64,000 nt of DNA from Marsupella aquatica. Taxonomy: Eukaryota > Plantae > Marchantiophyta. The DNA lies in assembly GCA_973895155.1 (NCBI GenBank), contig OZ316895.1, positions 17,811,437 through 17,875,436 on the forward strand. Direction: 5' to 3'. Under the pieces are notes generated by a model, which saw nothing but the letters and a program-made list of their open reading frames with translations, was not told where the DNA came from and did not search any database. Both the position numbers and the translations under genes were made by a program. Below, in pieces: positions 23,494 through 38,200 of this stretch. Every line of letters starts with the position of its first letter. Positions within the stretch are counted from its first letter, which is position 1.

Positions 23494-24540
23494 CATACCG
23501 CACCTAAGCATCCTTTCAATCCCATCCTCGAGGAAACAACTTTAGAAGTCTGGAGTCAAAGCATCCATGTGGCAAGGAAACAATTTGCTCTAATAGGAGT
23601 TACTCGTAACTTTTAGGTCATTTATATCAACTTCTGCAGTCGGGTATGCAAGCTTTGCCACTTGCTTGCGACATAGTCGATGCTTGCATAGCTTCTGGGA
23701 GGTTGCGAGACTTGCACATTGCAGTCTTGTTTTCTGCCTCACAAATTCCTTTGGACAGGTTTATACTGGTTTCCACTATTCCATTTCCGTTCATTTGTGC
23801 CCAGAGCTATCATGCAGCTGAACCCATGTTCCTACTTAGAATACCTGGTAATACCATGCAATAGATGCCTCCAATTGAGCGCACACGATTACTTACCTGA
23901 TTGTAAATTGCAAGCAATCGCCAGCAATCTTTTTGCATGCGATTCTGGTCCACGGAATACAAAAGACGTTTTGGCAACGATCATGTAAGAAAGTCCAACG
24001 ATGGAGTTTGAAGTTGTATTTAGGAAAAATATTGTTGTCCTCCGACGACTATCAATATCTAAGCACATTTAGTGCGTGTTTCTTTAAACCGCCCAAAGCT
24101 TAAAATAGAAAGTCATGTCCTGGAAATCAATTCAAAGCTGAAACACGCGAAAGAATTTGGAATGGAGCTGCGTTGTCATGGCCTCTAGCTCTAATGCATG
24201 AGCCTTCTCACAAGCTTTATTGATACAGAGGAGACGAAGCTAATGTAATCAAGCCCCTAATTTGATATAAATAAATAGCGCTCGTTTGGCTCTTACAGAA
24301 TTGCCAACGAATAAAAGTACACCACTTCCGAAGTTATATGATTCGATCACCCCATGCGGCATGATTCAGCAGCCAAACAAAATGGGCTGCCAACTTTGAG
24401 AGGACGTGTTGAACAAATGACGACAAATGAATCGGTCGATGAACCATTCAGGACTTCAGAGATGGGTCGGAATCTAACCTGCGTTGAATGAATACGTTGG
24501 CACGCTTTAAGGCAGAAACTGGATGACCCTTTAAGGCCAG

Positions 24541-26823
24541 TCAGCATTCTATAGGGCCCTGGGGAACTGGGTGGCCCTTTAAGGCCCACTCCCATCCTTC
24601 ATGAACTGTTCGAGTAAAGTATTTTGGTTGCCAAGTATCCCCAGCCTCTGACCTTTTCTTCCTCAAAGCCCTTTGGGTCTCCTCCACACGTAATTTTGCC
24701 TCACGAGCACCTTCCCAGTCTTCTCTCCACAATCCTTCTGTTACTTTGCTCCAAACGACTACGGATTCCATTGGAGACAAGGCCTGATTACAGTTCGCAT
24801 ACATGAACTTCTTCAGATTTTTGAGCAAGAAACTACTATCTTGCAAAGCTAGGAAGCGGAAAATGAAGTGTCTTGACAGACAAGTCATTAGTGTCGGGTC
24901 GTATGAAAGCTTATGCAGCTGGACCGTACTCGCTGTAGAGTCTCTCTATCGTTCGTTACATTTGAGCAATTAAGTCGAAGAGACCCAGAGACAGTGAAAG
25001 GAGTTCGCAGTGGAATCAGTCACAGGTCGTACCTGTTGGCTCTTGACTACTGGAGCTTTTAGCTTGCTTAGAGCAGCATTGCCGTCGTAGAGTATCGTTT
25101 TGTTTCCTGTCTCTGTGTCCTCAAGGACCACTGTCCTGTTCACAACACGACCATGACAAAAGTAGTTTAAGACTACGGCTTGTTGAGAAGAGAAAATCAA
25201 CAAAACAGAATACATGGTAAGTCATCATCAACTCAAAATGGCTATATCCGCGAATGATTGTTGCAAGAGGAGAGAGACTCACTTATCCCACTGACCACTG
25301 AGAGTATACAGTACTTTGCCAGACGAAGTACTCTTAATTTTCCCACTGACTTTATTTGAGACGCCTCGTAGTAAGGAACGTGTTTTATACGTCACTGTCG
25401 CCTCTAGGTCTGTTGCAGCACACCGCAGAGTGGTCTCGCCACTCCATTCAGAGCAAGAAATTGGTAAGAATCGGAAGGTCAGCTTCGGAGGCGTCAAGTC
25501 GTATATTTCTCCATGCTCGGCTAAGACCAAATTTTGTCTTCCATAAATAGTCACTTCCAGTGAGTTACCTGCAGACCGAAGGACCCCATTAACTTGCTTA
25601 AAAATCCAGTAATCTATCAGTCAACTCAGGTCGTGCTTTTCAACAATAACTGCAAGTTACGATGGCAGAGCAGAGGTACTAAAAACTCTGTTAGACAGTT
25701 GTCATATGAGATTGCTCATGAAACTCTGACAAGTAGAGCTGAACGAAAGGATGATTTTAATGACCACCAATGCCTACCCCAGAATCTTGGCGTTGGTTTA
25801 CATGATTGGATGAAGTCTATCCCCTTCTTTGTATTTGTTGCATAGACAACAGTTTCCGGTGGATGATGGGACACCTGACCACATTTATCAGCCAGGGGTT
25901 CCGATTAAACAAAGGCTCCTTGCCAGTCTGCCTCGTCCTGGCCAAACACAACAACTGACCGTACCGTTACAAACTACATTATTAAGCATGAATACTTTTT
26001 GGGCTCCTATCAATCGTACCTCATCCAGGCCTAAAATAGCATAACATGAACCAAAGAGAATTAAGCTTCTCTGTCGAGACACCTCAGGTATAGATCTGGT
26101 CAGGCTAAGTCCATTTGCGTTTTCATTCAGTATGAAATCTATATAACGTGGTTTGACAATAGTACAATACAATGGGACCCATGCCATCTAAACTTCTTCC
26201 ATTGAATTACCCTTCCTCCTTGAACTGTAGACATTCAATTCCCTTCCACTTTACAAGTTCGGAGAGGATGGGTCCAGAGAGTGAAAGTAAGCCATCAAGC
26301 CTTGAACCAGAAGCATTAATCCGTAAAAGATTGATGTGCATTAATAGCTCACCTGCTCGGAGATCAAATTGAAATCACCGGCGGACACATGATGCGTTTC
26401 ACCCAGAATAGGATTGTAGGGAGCCTTGAGGAACGGGGCGGGTCGGATGAGCGAGAGCTGCCATCGAACAACTGCAAGAAATCTGTCCAGCGGAGTATCT
26501 GCGTCGGCACATTGCTCCAGCAAGTTCTGGGAACAGCAGTACACTTGCTCTGAAAACAACTGCACCTGAGACTTGGGCAAGTTGAATGAAGCCGGGACGC
26601 AGATTGACGAAACGTCGGAGCCAGGTCGACAGCCTTTCAAAATGTCATACGCGCGGACAAGAATGTTTTTCTCCTTAGTGGCACACCCGCGAAAATAGTC
26701 GACCTGGTTGTCAACTCCCAGTGGTGGGGCAATGATGATGCTGGGCGATTCCGAAGGCGTGTCTGGAACGGGGCTGTCATTCAAAGCTAATTCTGGTGCA
26801 CTGGAGAAGATCTTGACACCCAT
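24541..26823 (-). CDS. Oxysterol-binding protein-related protein (short ORD-only, ORP4-like), 5 exons: 26823-26353, 25874-25778, 25568-25283, 25135-25033, 24783-24541
   Basis: OSBP signature EQ|VSHHPP split by an intron; KAPYNPILGETH; LSGQWDK; AREAKLRVEETQR...WQPKYF. GT-AG junctions are in frame. The start codon is uncertain because the ORF stays open to 26988. Confidence 0.9.
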
Positions 26824-29161
26824 GCTACCACACTTCACTGGATCATCAGCTGGCTCTTTGGAATGGACTCGATGGGAAGGTTGCACTTCACAGGATCGGT
26901 GGTCTCCTTGTTCTACCTGCTTTTGGCAAACTAGCGTAGGTGCCTCTTTCGGGGAAGCCAGTCTGCATAGCAAAGCATTCCGAAACAACAGTTACAGGGA
27001 CATTAGAAGCTCGCATTAATCTCGGCATCATCAATCTCTCTTTCGAGCAAATTATGTATATTTTTATAACATGCCAAAGTTTCGCATCAATCTCGGCATC
27101 ATTCCTCTCTCTCTCTCGAGCAAATTTTGTTCAATTTTGTACCATGCCAGAGTCTGCTACTTGCATGGCACCTTCTGTACCTTGTCCTGCCCGAAACTAG
27201 GTGGACTTCCAAATTCACGCAACGTTCTGTCCCATTTTATCTGAGATATGATATGATTTTTGAGGTCTTTCAGGTCGCCCGATCGGATCCTGACAGTATT
27301 ACAATTCCTAGCATTTCAATTGTCCAACTCCTCCAGCATGCTTCGAAAATCTTTGTTGGGAAATTAATCTGTAACATAACGCAGGGCAGATGCTTTAGCT
27401 TTGCTTTTAGTTCTACAGCATATGTTGCTGCCACCTGCCGTTTGGTATTGCGTCCTGGGGCCCTGTGCTGCTTTGCGGACTTCATTGCAAGGGTTCACTC
27501 TCCTCTAGCTATCAAGTCCACTGCCGTGTTTCCCGTTCCCCACCTTGTCTTTATTTCAGATCGCTTCCTTTGCAATTTGAATTCGACTCAATTACAGCAC
27601 TGCTGGCCAAGTACTCCATTGAGAAGCAAAAACATTCAAATATAAAGTCGTCAGCAAAGTCACTCATTCTTTCTCACCAACACGGATACTTTTCGGCCCA
27701 GGTCTCCACTCCTGATTGTGAATTTCCCAAATTTCCCAAACCTGGATGCACATTCGGTTGACTCATTGCAAAAATGACGTCTAGACTCGTCACCCTGGTC
27801 ATCCTACAGTGATAGTTCTGGGTGCAAACATTCAGGAACTACCAAACAACGGAATTGTGGGCCGAACTTTTTCGTCGGGCTTACGACGGGACTTGATGTA
27901 TATCTGTTATTTCTGCGCCATGTTACAGATTTTGTTGTTCCAGTGACCCGAAGGATACACAGGAAGACGCTATAGGTGCTCCATTCATCTCCTGGTAAGG
28001 AGGGTTCATCGGGTGCACATTCCATAAGAGACACGGCAAGGAAATAAGATTTCCAGAGAGATCCTATCTGAAGGGCCCGCATGGATACCATTAGCGGAGG
28101 ATCTCAAAACTCTAGAGAGGATCGTGCTGAACTGAATAGAATCGAAATGAGTTGATTTGATTCCAAAACCCAGTGATCCCCATCAGAAGGCAACGAATGA
28201 GAGAAAATATTGCGGGGCTATAACAGATGAATGAGATACGAGGACAAAGTGCGAAACGGGCTGGTAGCCGGTATCAGGTAAGCTAAACACAACAGGTGAC
28301 TGACAGGAATCCCCAAATCTCAATGGAGTCAGACATCGCGTACAAAAGCGAAACATCCATAGAGCAAAGCTTCTGAATGAAAGAGATTAGGTGAGTGAGT
28401 GAATGCGAAGAGATGGAGAGGTAGAGGCTACAAATTACAAGTTGCTGGCGTGTTGCAGTTTGCCTGCTGGCTTCAGGTGAGTGCAGCAGCAAGCAGTCTC
28501 AAAGAAGTCGTCCACACAAGGTTCCGATCTCCAGCACATGATTTCATGGAATCTCTTTCACCCGTGCAACCTATAATCACACTTTCCTTGCAGCACCGGA
28601 TCGAACCACTGAATCAACAATTTGGGTTCCGTTCTCTCAAGCTGGAAACCCAATCCGCAATTTTCTACTGCAACTTTCTGCTATGATTCGCTAGAACCTG
28701 TGAGCAGAATGCGGAGTATGTTGGAGTATGTTTCAACATCCGCACTGTTCGCCCATTAAATGTTCATGAATGAATTGAACGCATCGATGGCTTCCTTATG
28801 GAAAAACCAATAGAAGAAGCTGAACTAAACTAGTAATATTCCTTCGTCACTGCCGGAAGACGCACAGCAGCTGCAACCAACAACTCCTACAATACGTACT
28901 AAGCACTTTGGCCAGTCCTTGAAGGTAAGACTGAACGAAGGAAGGTTTTTCAGTTGAATGCCCGGCCGACTACAGTAGGTGCCACAAGGTGCTCACTCTC
29001 CCCTTCCTTGGGCACAGTTGGGAGTACAGGTACCAACTGGAAGCTTTTTTTTTCTCTTTCAGAAAAGCTCTAGAACTACATGAGCTTGTACTCACTTCTG
29101 GCTTTGGTGATTTGGCCAGGGCATGAGCCTAGAACCAAGATGTCAGATGTTCAATCCCCCC

Positions 29162-29279
29162 TCCACATGCAAGGGTTGTGGGGGGTGAGTGTGTCTATGG
29201 GTGGAGTGTAGTGGTGGGACTCCACATGCAAGGGTTGTGGGGGGTGAGTGTGTCTATGGGTGGAGTGTAGTGGTGGGAC
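29162..29279 (+). repeat. Perfect 59-bp tandem duplication
   Basis: TCCACATGCAAGGG...GTGGTGGGAC at 29162-29220 and 29221-29279. Confidence 0.9.
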
Positions 29280-32059
29280 TTCTGGTTTCTCCTGAGTCCC
29301 TGGCTGGTCCACTTTGGGGCTCTAGTCCAACCCTCTCTCCTGCGTATGACCCCCCTTGTAAGCTATCCTACAGAGGTGCATGCTCCGGAGTTGATTGTCT
29401 CTCCTCTATTGGATGGGTCAGCTTTCGGTTTTCAAGGCGTAAAAGAAGAAGCTGCACTCACTCAAAACCTGTTTAATTTATTTTTATCTAGTTATCACAA
29501 GTATCACAAGTTAGTTGCAGAACTCAACTACCCTACCACTTAGCTCCAACATTGCTGACTCCAATGTCAAAGTCGCAAAACTTGATTACCCTACCACTTA
29601 GCTTTGGTGTCGCTAACTCCGATGTCGAGCTCCTCTATGGTCTAGGCCCCCAAGACGGTCATCCGGTGGGGCCTAAGTAAGGGGAGACTTGTGGGCAATG
29701 AAGTGTTGCACTAGCAAAGATAATGCCTTGAGCTGATGTGCACACAAGGGACTTAAACTGGCATTGGGATCTGGTCAGATCATGGGAAGGGTCAAGCTCA
29801 GGGTGGACTGTCCGGATCCCCGGACGGACTCTGAGTTCTAAGAGCTTGAGTGAGAGCTCCATTGGGCCCAAGGCCAAAAACGTTTAGTTCAAGTGGAACG
29901 AACGCTTGACACAAGGGTGCAACTCGGGTGTAGCTAGCCGTAGCCTCCGACTGACAATGAGTTTTGAGTGCCCGGACATGAGCACCGCGTCGACCCAATC
30001 ACAACGGGTAAGACACTTCACCTACGTACGTCTATCTAGAAAGTTATGGGCCAAAGTTGGTCCCGAGGTGGCAGGTATCCAGTAGCATAAATGAGGGGAG
30101 TGATGTATCCAAGTGGTCCACGGACGAGCCAAATTGTGAAGCGCAACTGTTGCCCAAACTAAAGGGATACGCCAAATAGAAATGACAATATCTCCTCAAT
30201 AGGAAGTCCGTTGGATGACTTCTTGGGTGCGTTAGAAGGCTCTCAAGGAAATCTACATCCTCCTTATCTCACTAGGTTAGGGTGCCTTTGGTTATCACAG
30301 TTAGCAAGGACTATCTCACACGCTCGCAGACGCTACCTAAATAGTAACCAATTTGCATTCAGTTTCCCATGTGAGCTTGTGTTGGGGAGACAACACAAAG
30401 TATGCATGGGTGTTGAGGTCAAAGTGCATCTTGTCCTGTAATCTTGATTGAATTAGAGCTGTGGCGATGGCTGCTAGAGGCAGGGCCAAACTGGTCCCAA
30501 TGTTTGGGACAAGCTCGGGGACAAGCTTCAAGGCTTTTTGGGCCATGGCTATGCCTTGGAGGCAGGGCGATCAGCCGATGATGGATAGAAATGTGGGGAA
30601 GCTCGGGCAACACCCGGTAAAGGGGTTGTTTTGGAAAAATTGTGGGTGCCGCCCTTAGCTTCAGCTTATGGCGAGGCCATGCAAGCTCGGGAAGCTCTAT
30701 CCGTTGACCTACTTATTAACGACTGTTGAACCTGAGGCAAGACAATGGTCTTGGGATCCAAGATCAAGGAGGGTACTTACCGATGAGGTTGGTACGTTGC
30801 TTGTGCAGACAGTAGAGGCCATTGAGCATACAACGATTGTGTTGAGGAGCGAGTGTAGGCCATTGAGCAACGATTGTGGCTTCATATGGGAGTTGCCGAT
30901 GGTGGTGATAGAAGTACCGAGTTGTTTGCTCGTGGAGGTCTGTGGAGGAGATTGGGCACCAAGAGTACTTAGGCAAGAGTATTGGGTTTGGTGAGGGCGT
31001 TGGGTGGCTAGGCCCACCACTAAATTCCTGTGACCCACAATATATGAACCCCGGTCGGCCATGGAACCTAGATCCCATCATTGAGGGTGGGAGTCCCCAC
31101 CCCCAAACATGTCATGTAATCTAAATATTCCCCCAAATTTCCCCAAATTCTTGAACATTAGGGGCCTGCTAAACCATGTGCTAAGCAAAGATACAACTTG
31201 CAATGGCATGCATATGACCCTTTAAGGACCAAGTAGTAGACATGGAGAGGTACGTGGGTCACCTCTGATGAGGCTATCTCCGAGGGAACATACAAGAGCT
31301 TATTGCACTCTAAGCCCATTGTTCATACCAAGTCTCCGCAACATGAGATGTCCCTATCTCTTCAGTGATTGTGTAACAATGAGCATGGGTTCCTCCTCAC
31401 AAACAAACACGTGCTTGAATGTGTATATATGTCATAACATGGATAACCGAACGAAGTCTTTGACTAATGTTAGCCTAAGTACAGTTACAGTTGGAACTAA
31501 GAGTAAATGCCTAACACTATGTTGTTGGCATGAGGATGCATGACGTAGGAGAAGGTGCAAACTTGGGGTCATCACTTATTTTCATTCGACCCATCACACA
31601 TGAATAAGTATATGGTTTTTACTGGGTTTAGTGGACGACTATACATTATGAGGAAGAAATCAGGGTTTGTAATTTTTGAAATTTACAAGGATAAGGCTCG
31701 GGATAAGGTTTTTAAAACCAACTACAATAATATTCCTAGATATTTGATAAATTAGGGGTGGAAATAATACAAAACTCTTCCTTCTTGTTTTTTGGAGTGT
31801 TTATTAACATTAACATTGCACATGATGTAGAACTCTTCTTGGAGTGAGGCCTCTGAGGGCACAAAATGCAAGCACCACCCCAAAACGAACAGAGCAACAC
31901 CTGAGCGGATCTAGCTTGCGACCTCTGTCTGCCTGGTCAAAAGCTGCGACAACTCCAATATGCAAGTATTCCTGAGACTGGGGCCTTTCAGAAAATAAAT
32001 AGCTACTTTTGGGCCTAGAAAAGTGGTCAGTACCCAGGTCTTGCCAAGATTTTCATCAA

Positions 32060-32240
32060 GTTTTTATATGTGACCCGCCCAAGTGGTTTGACATTGAACC
32101 CACAGTCCCATTTAACATATGTGACCAGCTCAACTGGTGTGACAAAGAACCCACACATTTAACATGTGTGACCAGCCCAAGTGGTTTGAGTAGAATCCAC
32201 AGTTACACATGTAAGCCACCTAAAGTGGTTTGGCACTTTA
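32060..32240 (+). repeat. Degenerate ~40-48 bp tandem repeat, about 4 units
   Basis: Recurrent ATGTGACC(A/C)GC(C/T)CAA(G/C)TGGT(T/G)TGA...CCCACA. Confidence 0.65.
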
Positions 32241-35200
32241 ACTTATTTATATGCATGTTGCAAGGGGGAACCCTTGTTTATAGGTAAAAGGAAAAACAAA
32301 AAAACCAAATTGGCTGGCAAGCACAAACAGGAAGGGTGGACAACTCTAATCATAGGGAGTATGAATTTCCTGGTGCAAGGAAGAAGGTTACTTTGAAAGG
32401 AGTTTGCAAATGCTAAAGAAGACACCCAATCCTTGTCTTTGCTGCAAAGTTAGTGTGAAACAAAGTGAACTACACAGGTAAGGTGAGCTCAGAACCGTGC
32501 CTTCCAATTGAACACAATAGTTGTCCTCTGTTTCAATATTTTAATTCTAAAACATGCATGGACATGACATGCTAAAACAAATTGATAGATGGGTTGATGG
32601 CTTACATTGGAGGAGCTCATAGCTGCTGAAGTTTACTCTGGTCACTTCTGCCTTGACTTCTCCTCTTCTTCCACTACTTTTCTGTCCTTAAAAAAAAGTG
32701 TGACAGTATTGTCATTTAGAACATCTTTGGGGCATAGTGCTTGAGTTTTAAAAGGTAATCAGGATAACGAGATATTACAAATGTGCCACGGTTTTGTATA
32801 TGGATTACAAGTTCACCTACATAACCAGGGAAACCATATGCAAAAAATGTGGCTATAACAAATACATTAAAAACAGTGACAGAGTTGTAAATTTGAACAT
32901 TTTAAATGACAATGTACTTAAACCTGTTCCCTTTTAATCCAGTAGTTCTGTAAGGCATGCATCTAGCATGGGTACAAATAGTTGTTTTCCATTCTCATTG
33001 ACAGAGTAGGATGTTTCTATTAGACGTCAAACATGGTTCCACTACATCTTTTGAACTACGTACAATAGTAAGTTCTCAATTCATTTGGCTCTATTTTGAT
33101 TTATATGAGTAAACTGTAATATGCTTTATCAAGGGTGCCCCATTCATAAACATCTTTCCAACGAACAACCTTCACTCAACTCACTTCGAGATGACAGTCA
33201 ACTAAATAGAGAGGGCCAACCTGATTATGGCTTTCCCAGATCTTTTCCAATAGCAGCTGTTATAACACATATAATATGTGGGAATAAGGTATAGTAAGTG
33301 TTGCAGGTTCAACTTTTGTTCTCTGATTTGTAATTCAAGCTATTAATTATATCCTATCTCCGTTGGCAGTCTCTACTTGACAGCTCTTATTGTTAGACTG
33401 ATGACCTCGCTCTTTTGAGGGCCATCTCCTTTGACACCGTCCTCTCGTCTGAAACACGCGTCAAAAATCGATTCACGTTATCAGAGCACAACCATTCGCA
33501 TCACACATTGTGTGGGCGCGTTCCGAGGTCTTCCTGTCCTGCCTCCGACGCGAAATAAACAAATAAACGGCCGCGCGAATTGGTGCACGAGTCCAGACCG
33601 ATACCAAAATCCCAATCTCGAGCGGTCCTATACATGGCTGATCCAACGTAACCTAAACCTCCCCGAAGTTGCTGTCCTGTCTACCGTAAACTTGCCGAGT
33701 GGACCACATTGAACGGCCGCGTTCGGCAAGCTTTTGGGTACGGGTTTAATAAATAATAGGAAATTAATTATTAAGTATCGGATAGAACACTCCCCTTGCA
33801 ACCCGGATGGACCAGATCGCTTTTGACAACAGATACTCTGCGTGCACAAAAGATCGGGCTGCGGTTTCGTGTCTGGTGTGCCTGTTTTGATTGCCTGTAA
33901 AAGATTTCGTATGAGTGTACTTGCGGGGGTACAACTGGAGACGGGTGTACAGTACTTGAGTTCTGCGGAAGAGCGGCATAGCAGGACACGTTAAGCCCGA
34001 CGAAATTCGACTCATGGCGTACTTTATCGGCACTTGTCTTTCAGTGCGGCGAGGTAGGTAAGAGCGTGGCATTTCTCAATTCGTGTAAGTACCCCTCTCT
34101 CTATGTATAATGTCAAAAATGATGCTCCCATGGACGAATCCCTTGAATCATGAAGCCCCTTGGACCGACCCTAATAAACGCATCTCCTTTCCGGAAAGTT
34201 TTGAAGAACAAAGTTTGACTTCAATATCATTCCTTGGAGATTCAACCCTATTGAAAAGATCTTTCAGACCGGTTTTGGTTGGAAAAAGGATGCAGGGCCT
34301 GTCAATACCATCCAGTGGGACTAGTTGTCCAAGAAGAAGAAGAAAGAGCGCAAGTGCCAAGAGGGCGGGAGGCTGGCAAAACAAACCAATCGACTACACT
34401 CTTTATAGTATTTAGTGTCACGAAATAATTAGTGTCACACACACTAATTTGGGGTAGCTCTTGATTTTCAGCCAAGTGACACTATTTACCGTCACCCTTA
34501 ATTTTGGAAAATAAATTAATATATTAAAAATATTGATAATTAGAGGTGACAATGTTATTACCCTAAAGTGCTCTCACTCCAAAGCTATCCAAACTACTAA
34601 GGACATATCTTTGTGTGTATGTTCTTAGAAAGTTCCTTTGTGTTTTATCTTCTCGGTCTTTGTGAAAGGAGGTTGATAGATTTATAACATGGTGGGAATG
34701 GATTGGATTTGCTAGCACAAGGGAGAGAGAATCAAGACTATGTCAAAATGTCAATAATAATTAATCTGCGTTTGGCTTATCCTTGTTGCATTTCAAAAAA
34801 TGATAAATGAAGACCCAAAAAATGTGGGGACTGGGACACAGGACACATCTGGGAAATTGATTAATCCAGGCAAACATGAGGGCAAACATTGATTTTTGAC
34901 ATTGGCAAGGGACTCTGTAGCTAAGTAGAACAGTTCTATTCACAGACATCACATGTCTTATGCACAAAACTCAATGATAAACACCAGTGTGTCTCTAAAT
35001 GTCAATGGTTTATAGTCTGAAAATCTACTTACACTTGAGCTTCAGAATATCATAGCAAAGTACCAAGTGAATTTTTAAGGGAGTCGAGTTGGCCTTGACA
35101 TTGATGCTACTGTTGAAGTGGCTCCTGATATTGGTGAACCAGGTGAAGAGCCAGCTCAACCCTCTTCTCTTGGGGCTGTACGCCATCTTGCAAGGATGAG

Positions 35201-38200
35201 ACAAAGGGGACAGATTGTAGGAGATTGAAAAAAATGTTAGTTTGTAGCTTATGTGAGACAACATGTGGCATAGTTGATCGAAGTGAATCAAATATATAGA
35301 TATTGTTTGCTCAAAGTGCTTCAAGAGTACCCCAAACTGCAAATGTGAGGAGGAGTTATAAATTTCTGAAGTTTGCTTAATGTTTGAGTAGTGTATGGAA
35401 GGAGTTATAAGTTTCTGTTTCTGAAGTTTTCTCAATGTTTGAGTAGTTAAATTTGTAAACTATAATCAAATATTGTGCGCATTTTTTAATTTTTTATAAG
35501 CGACTTTTAAATATTGTCCACTCTTTGTTTTTAACGTTAAGTGTATGTGACACTATTTGACTTGTGACCACAATTAGTGTCATACTATATTAGTGTCACA
35601 CACCCTAATTCCCGTCACTTACCTCAAATATAACCGCACAGTAATCTCGGGGGGTTAACTAAGTGTATATTTTGGGGTACCACGTGCGATCCTAGCCTAA
35701 TATAAATAGACCTATTTTATAAAAAAATATTCCAAGAATATTTTCCGTTTTCAATATTAATAACCTATTTTATTTTATAAAAATTATATTTTATAGAATA
35801 TTCTATAAACATGAGTTTATAATACCTTCTTTTGTCTCCTACGTTTTTTAAAAATTTAGTTAATTTCTATCAAAATTACCTATTTTGGATCACACGTGGT
35901 TCCTAAGATTTTTTATAGTCAACCCCCCGAGACAGTAATTAGAGTGTGTGAGACTAAATACTGTAAAGAGTGTAGTCAGGGCCATGAGATACTAAAGAGC
36001 TACAACAAGGTATTCCCTCTCAGAACCCAAGACATTCAAACCAATCTCATATCTTTGGTTTGCATAAAGAGAGTTATAAACTTCCAAAAGACTGATCCTT
36101 CTTTGTGTATCCCACACTTGTGTATTTCTAAAATATTACTTCATTATCTCTATTGATATCCAATAATAATCTTATTTGTTTGGGTTCATTGAAAACTACT
36201 TGCAAAAATCTTTCCAAAGAACCTAATTTGAATATTGAGAGACTTATAATTTTCCAAAGATGAGTGTTTTGTTTTCTTGTCACTCAACAGTGTAAAAACT
36301 TTATTGTATATGAGCAAGAACTGCCGAAGTTCTCAGATAGACACTTGCAATCAAACCTCCTTTTGCTCATATAGTGCATTTTTAAATCAATGCATGAAAT
36401 GTGAAGAGAAAACAAGATAGTCATATTTGGAAATTCGCTGCTCTCTTGATTCTCAATAAAATTTGACAATACTACATTCATCATGAAGAGACTTCCAAGA
36501 CTAACAAACCCCCAAAAATAAGAATGCGTTGGATATGAAGGGAGATAATTAATGCATGTCAAAGCTAACTAGTATAAAACTTTTGGAAGCACAAATCACG
36601 GAAAATGAGTGATTGAGTAACTATACGGATGTAAATCTCTCAATCTTTCATGACAACTAGACATGTTAGGCTAGTCTTACTAGCCCAAGAAAAGAAGATG
36701 CCTTAGTTTGTTTATCAAGGGCAATACTGAAGGTCAAATTTTGTTAGTGAAAACATTTGGAAATAAGAAGGGTGTCAATGAGTGAAAGAGTAAAAAGTGT
36801 CACAGTGCACTGGGAGTGCATGGTTCACTAGATCTGTCTATGAGAACATTGGGGACCTAAATTTTCAATATTTTCACAAAACTATAAGAATGGATAGGGC
36901 CAGAACTTATGACGGATGAAAATATCTTTTTGTTCATAAATAGAGTGATATGCTCAATAGACCCCCTCTAGGAGAAACTTTACTTGATCAGCCCCCTCCA
37001 AACTTTTTTGCCCCAATCAGCCCCCTCATTATGGCCCGTACCCTTTTCCCTTGTGTAAGGCCATACTGCACACTTTTCAGCCTTACTGAGTGACTTTTCA
37101 CAATACCCATTCAATCACGCATTAACCAGGCAAAAATCATAGTGACCGTGCTAAGATCCATTAGCAACGGGACCTTGTAGCTAGAAGTGAAAATTGGGCG
37201 TTGCACCTCCGCGCCGCCACTATCAACATTAGGGTTACCTTATGCTAAATAATTAGAATACATTGACATTAGTGTATTCTATTTGTAAACCAATTTCTGC
37301 ATTTTTTAATATCCTCCCATTCTGGCTTTTGTCCATGCTCGATAACAACTACACTCAGGTTTGCATGAGGCGCACGGCGCACTCACCTGCCACCATTGAG
37401 TGCACAGGAAAACAAGGTACTATTGTGCAAATGTTAGAATGTGTAAATTGAAGGCAGAAACAATGTCGGTTCATGGGCTGCAGAGCCCTTTTGCATGTGA
37501 TTTAGTAAATGTTTTTGAGCTTTACGTTAAATTGACATGACTAACCTCTGCACAATACTCATGTGCACATTGAAGTACAGGATGACAGATGATGTAAGTG
37601 ACATCAATCTTTGGCGTAGAGGGATGTCTGTGAGGTGGACATTCCCGATTCTGACAGACAATCACCACAAAGAGCAAGGCGGAGAACAACACGAAGACAT
37701 CTGAAAAATCTGAAATTAATCCTGGATGGGAAGAGTCCCAAAGAAGGTGAATCATCTGTGCTTCAAGTTAGTATTTGGAGGATTTGTTTGGCTTATGAAG
37801 TTGCTCCCGTATGAATTGCCATAAATCATAAGTTTTGCACTGTTGAAGTTGTTGCACCCGTAGACGTTCTTCATTATGTATTCTACAATGCTCTTGGTAG
37901 TGGAAGCAAAGGCGGCTTGCATTCATCTGGGCGAGCGTTTTAACAATTTTCATGAAGTTGATAGATGTTTGGATTCATGGGCTATCATGCATGGCCGAGT
38001 AGTGTATAGACTTAAAACTTCCCCCAATTTTTGAACAAGGGTCTGCCGATTTAGTAAGATTGCTCATCGACATGAAAGGAAGTCAAGTGGTGACATCAGA
38101 CCTGGGCCAAACAATTCTGAATGTAGTGATAGTTCAGAAGATGAAGATTCACATATCCATGAATTGGATGATGAAGATCAAGATGATCTAGGTTGGCACT

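Noticed and set aside
28701-28753. Imperfect ~50-nt hairpin as a miRNA precursor or terminator
   Set aside because: Too short and bulged for a plant pre-miRNA, with no supporting context.
29640-31110. GC-rich, CpG-depleted segment as a decayed retroelement
   Set aside because: Plausible, but I could not identify any domain motif, LTR pair or TSD.
34400-35620. TTAGTGTCAC subrepeats as termini of a non-autonomous DNA transposon
   Set aside because: The two clusters are in direct orientation and no convincing TIR/TSD pair was found.
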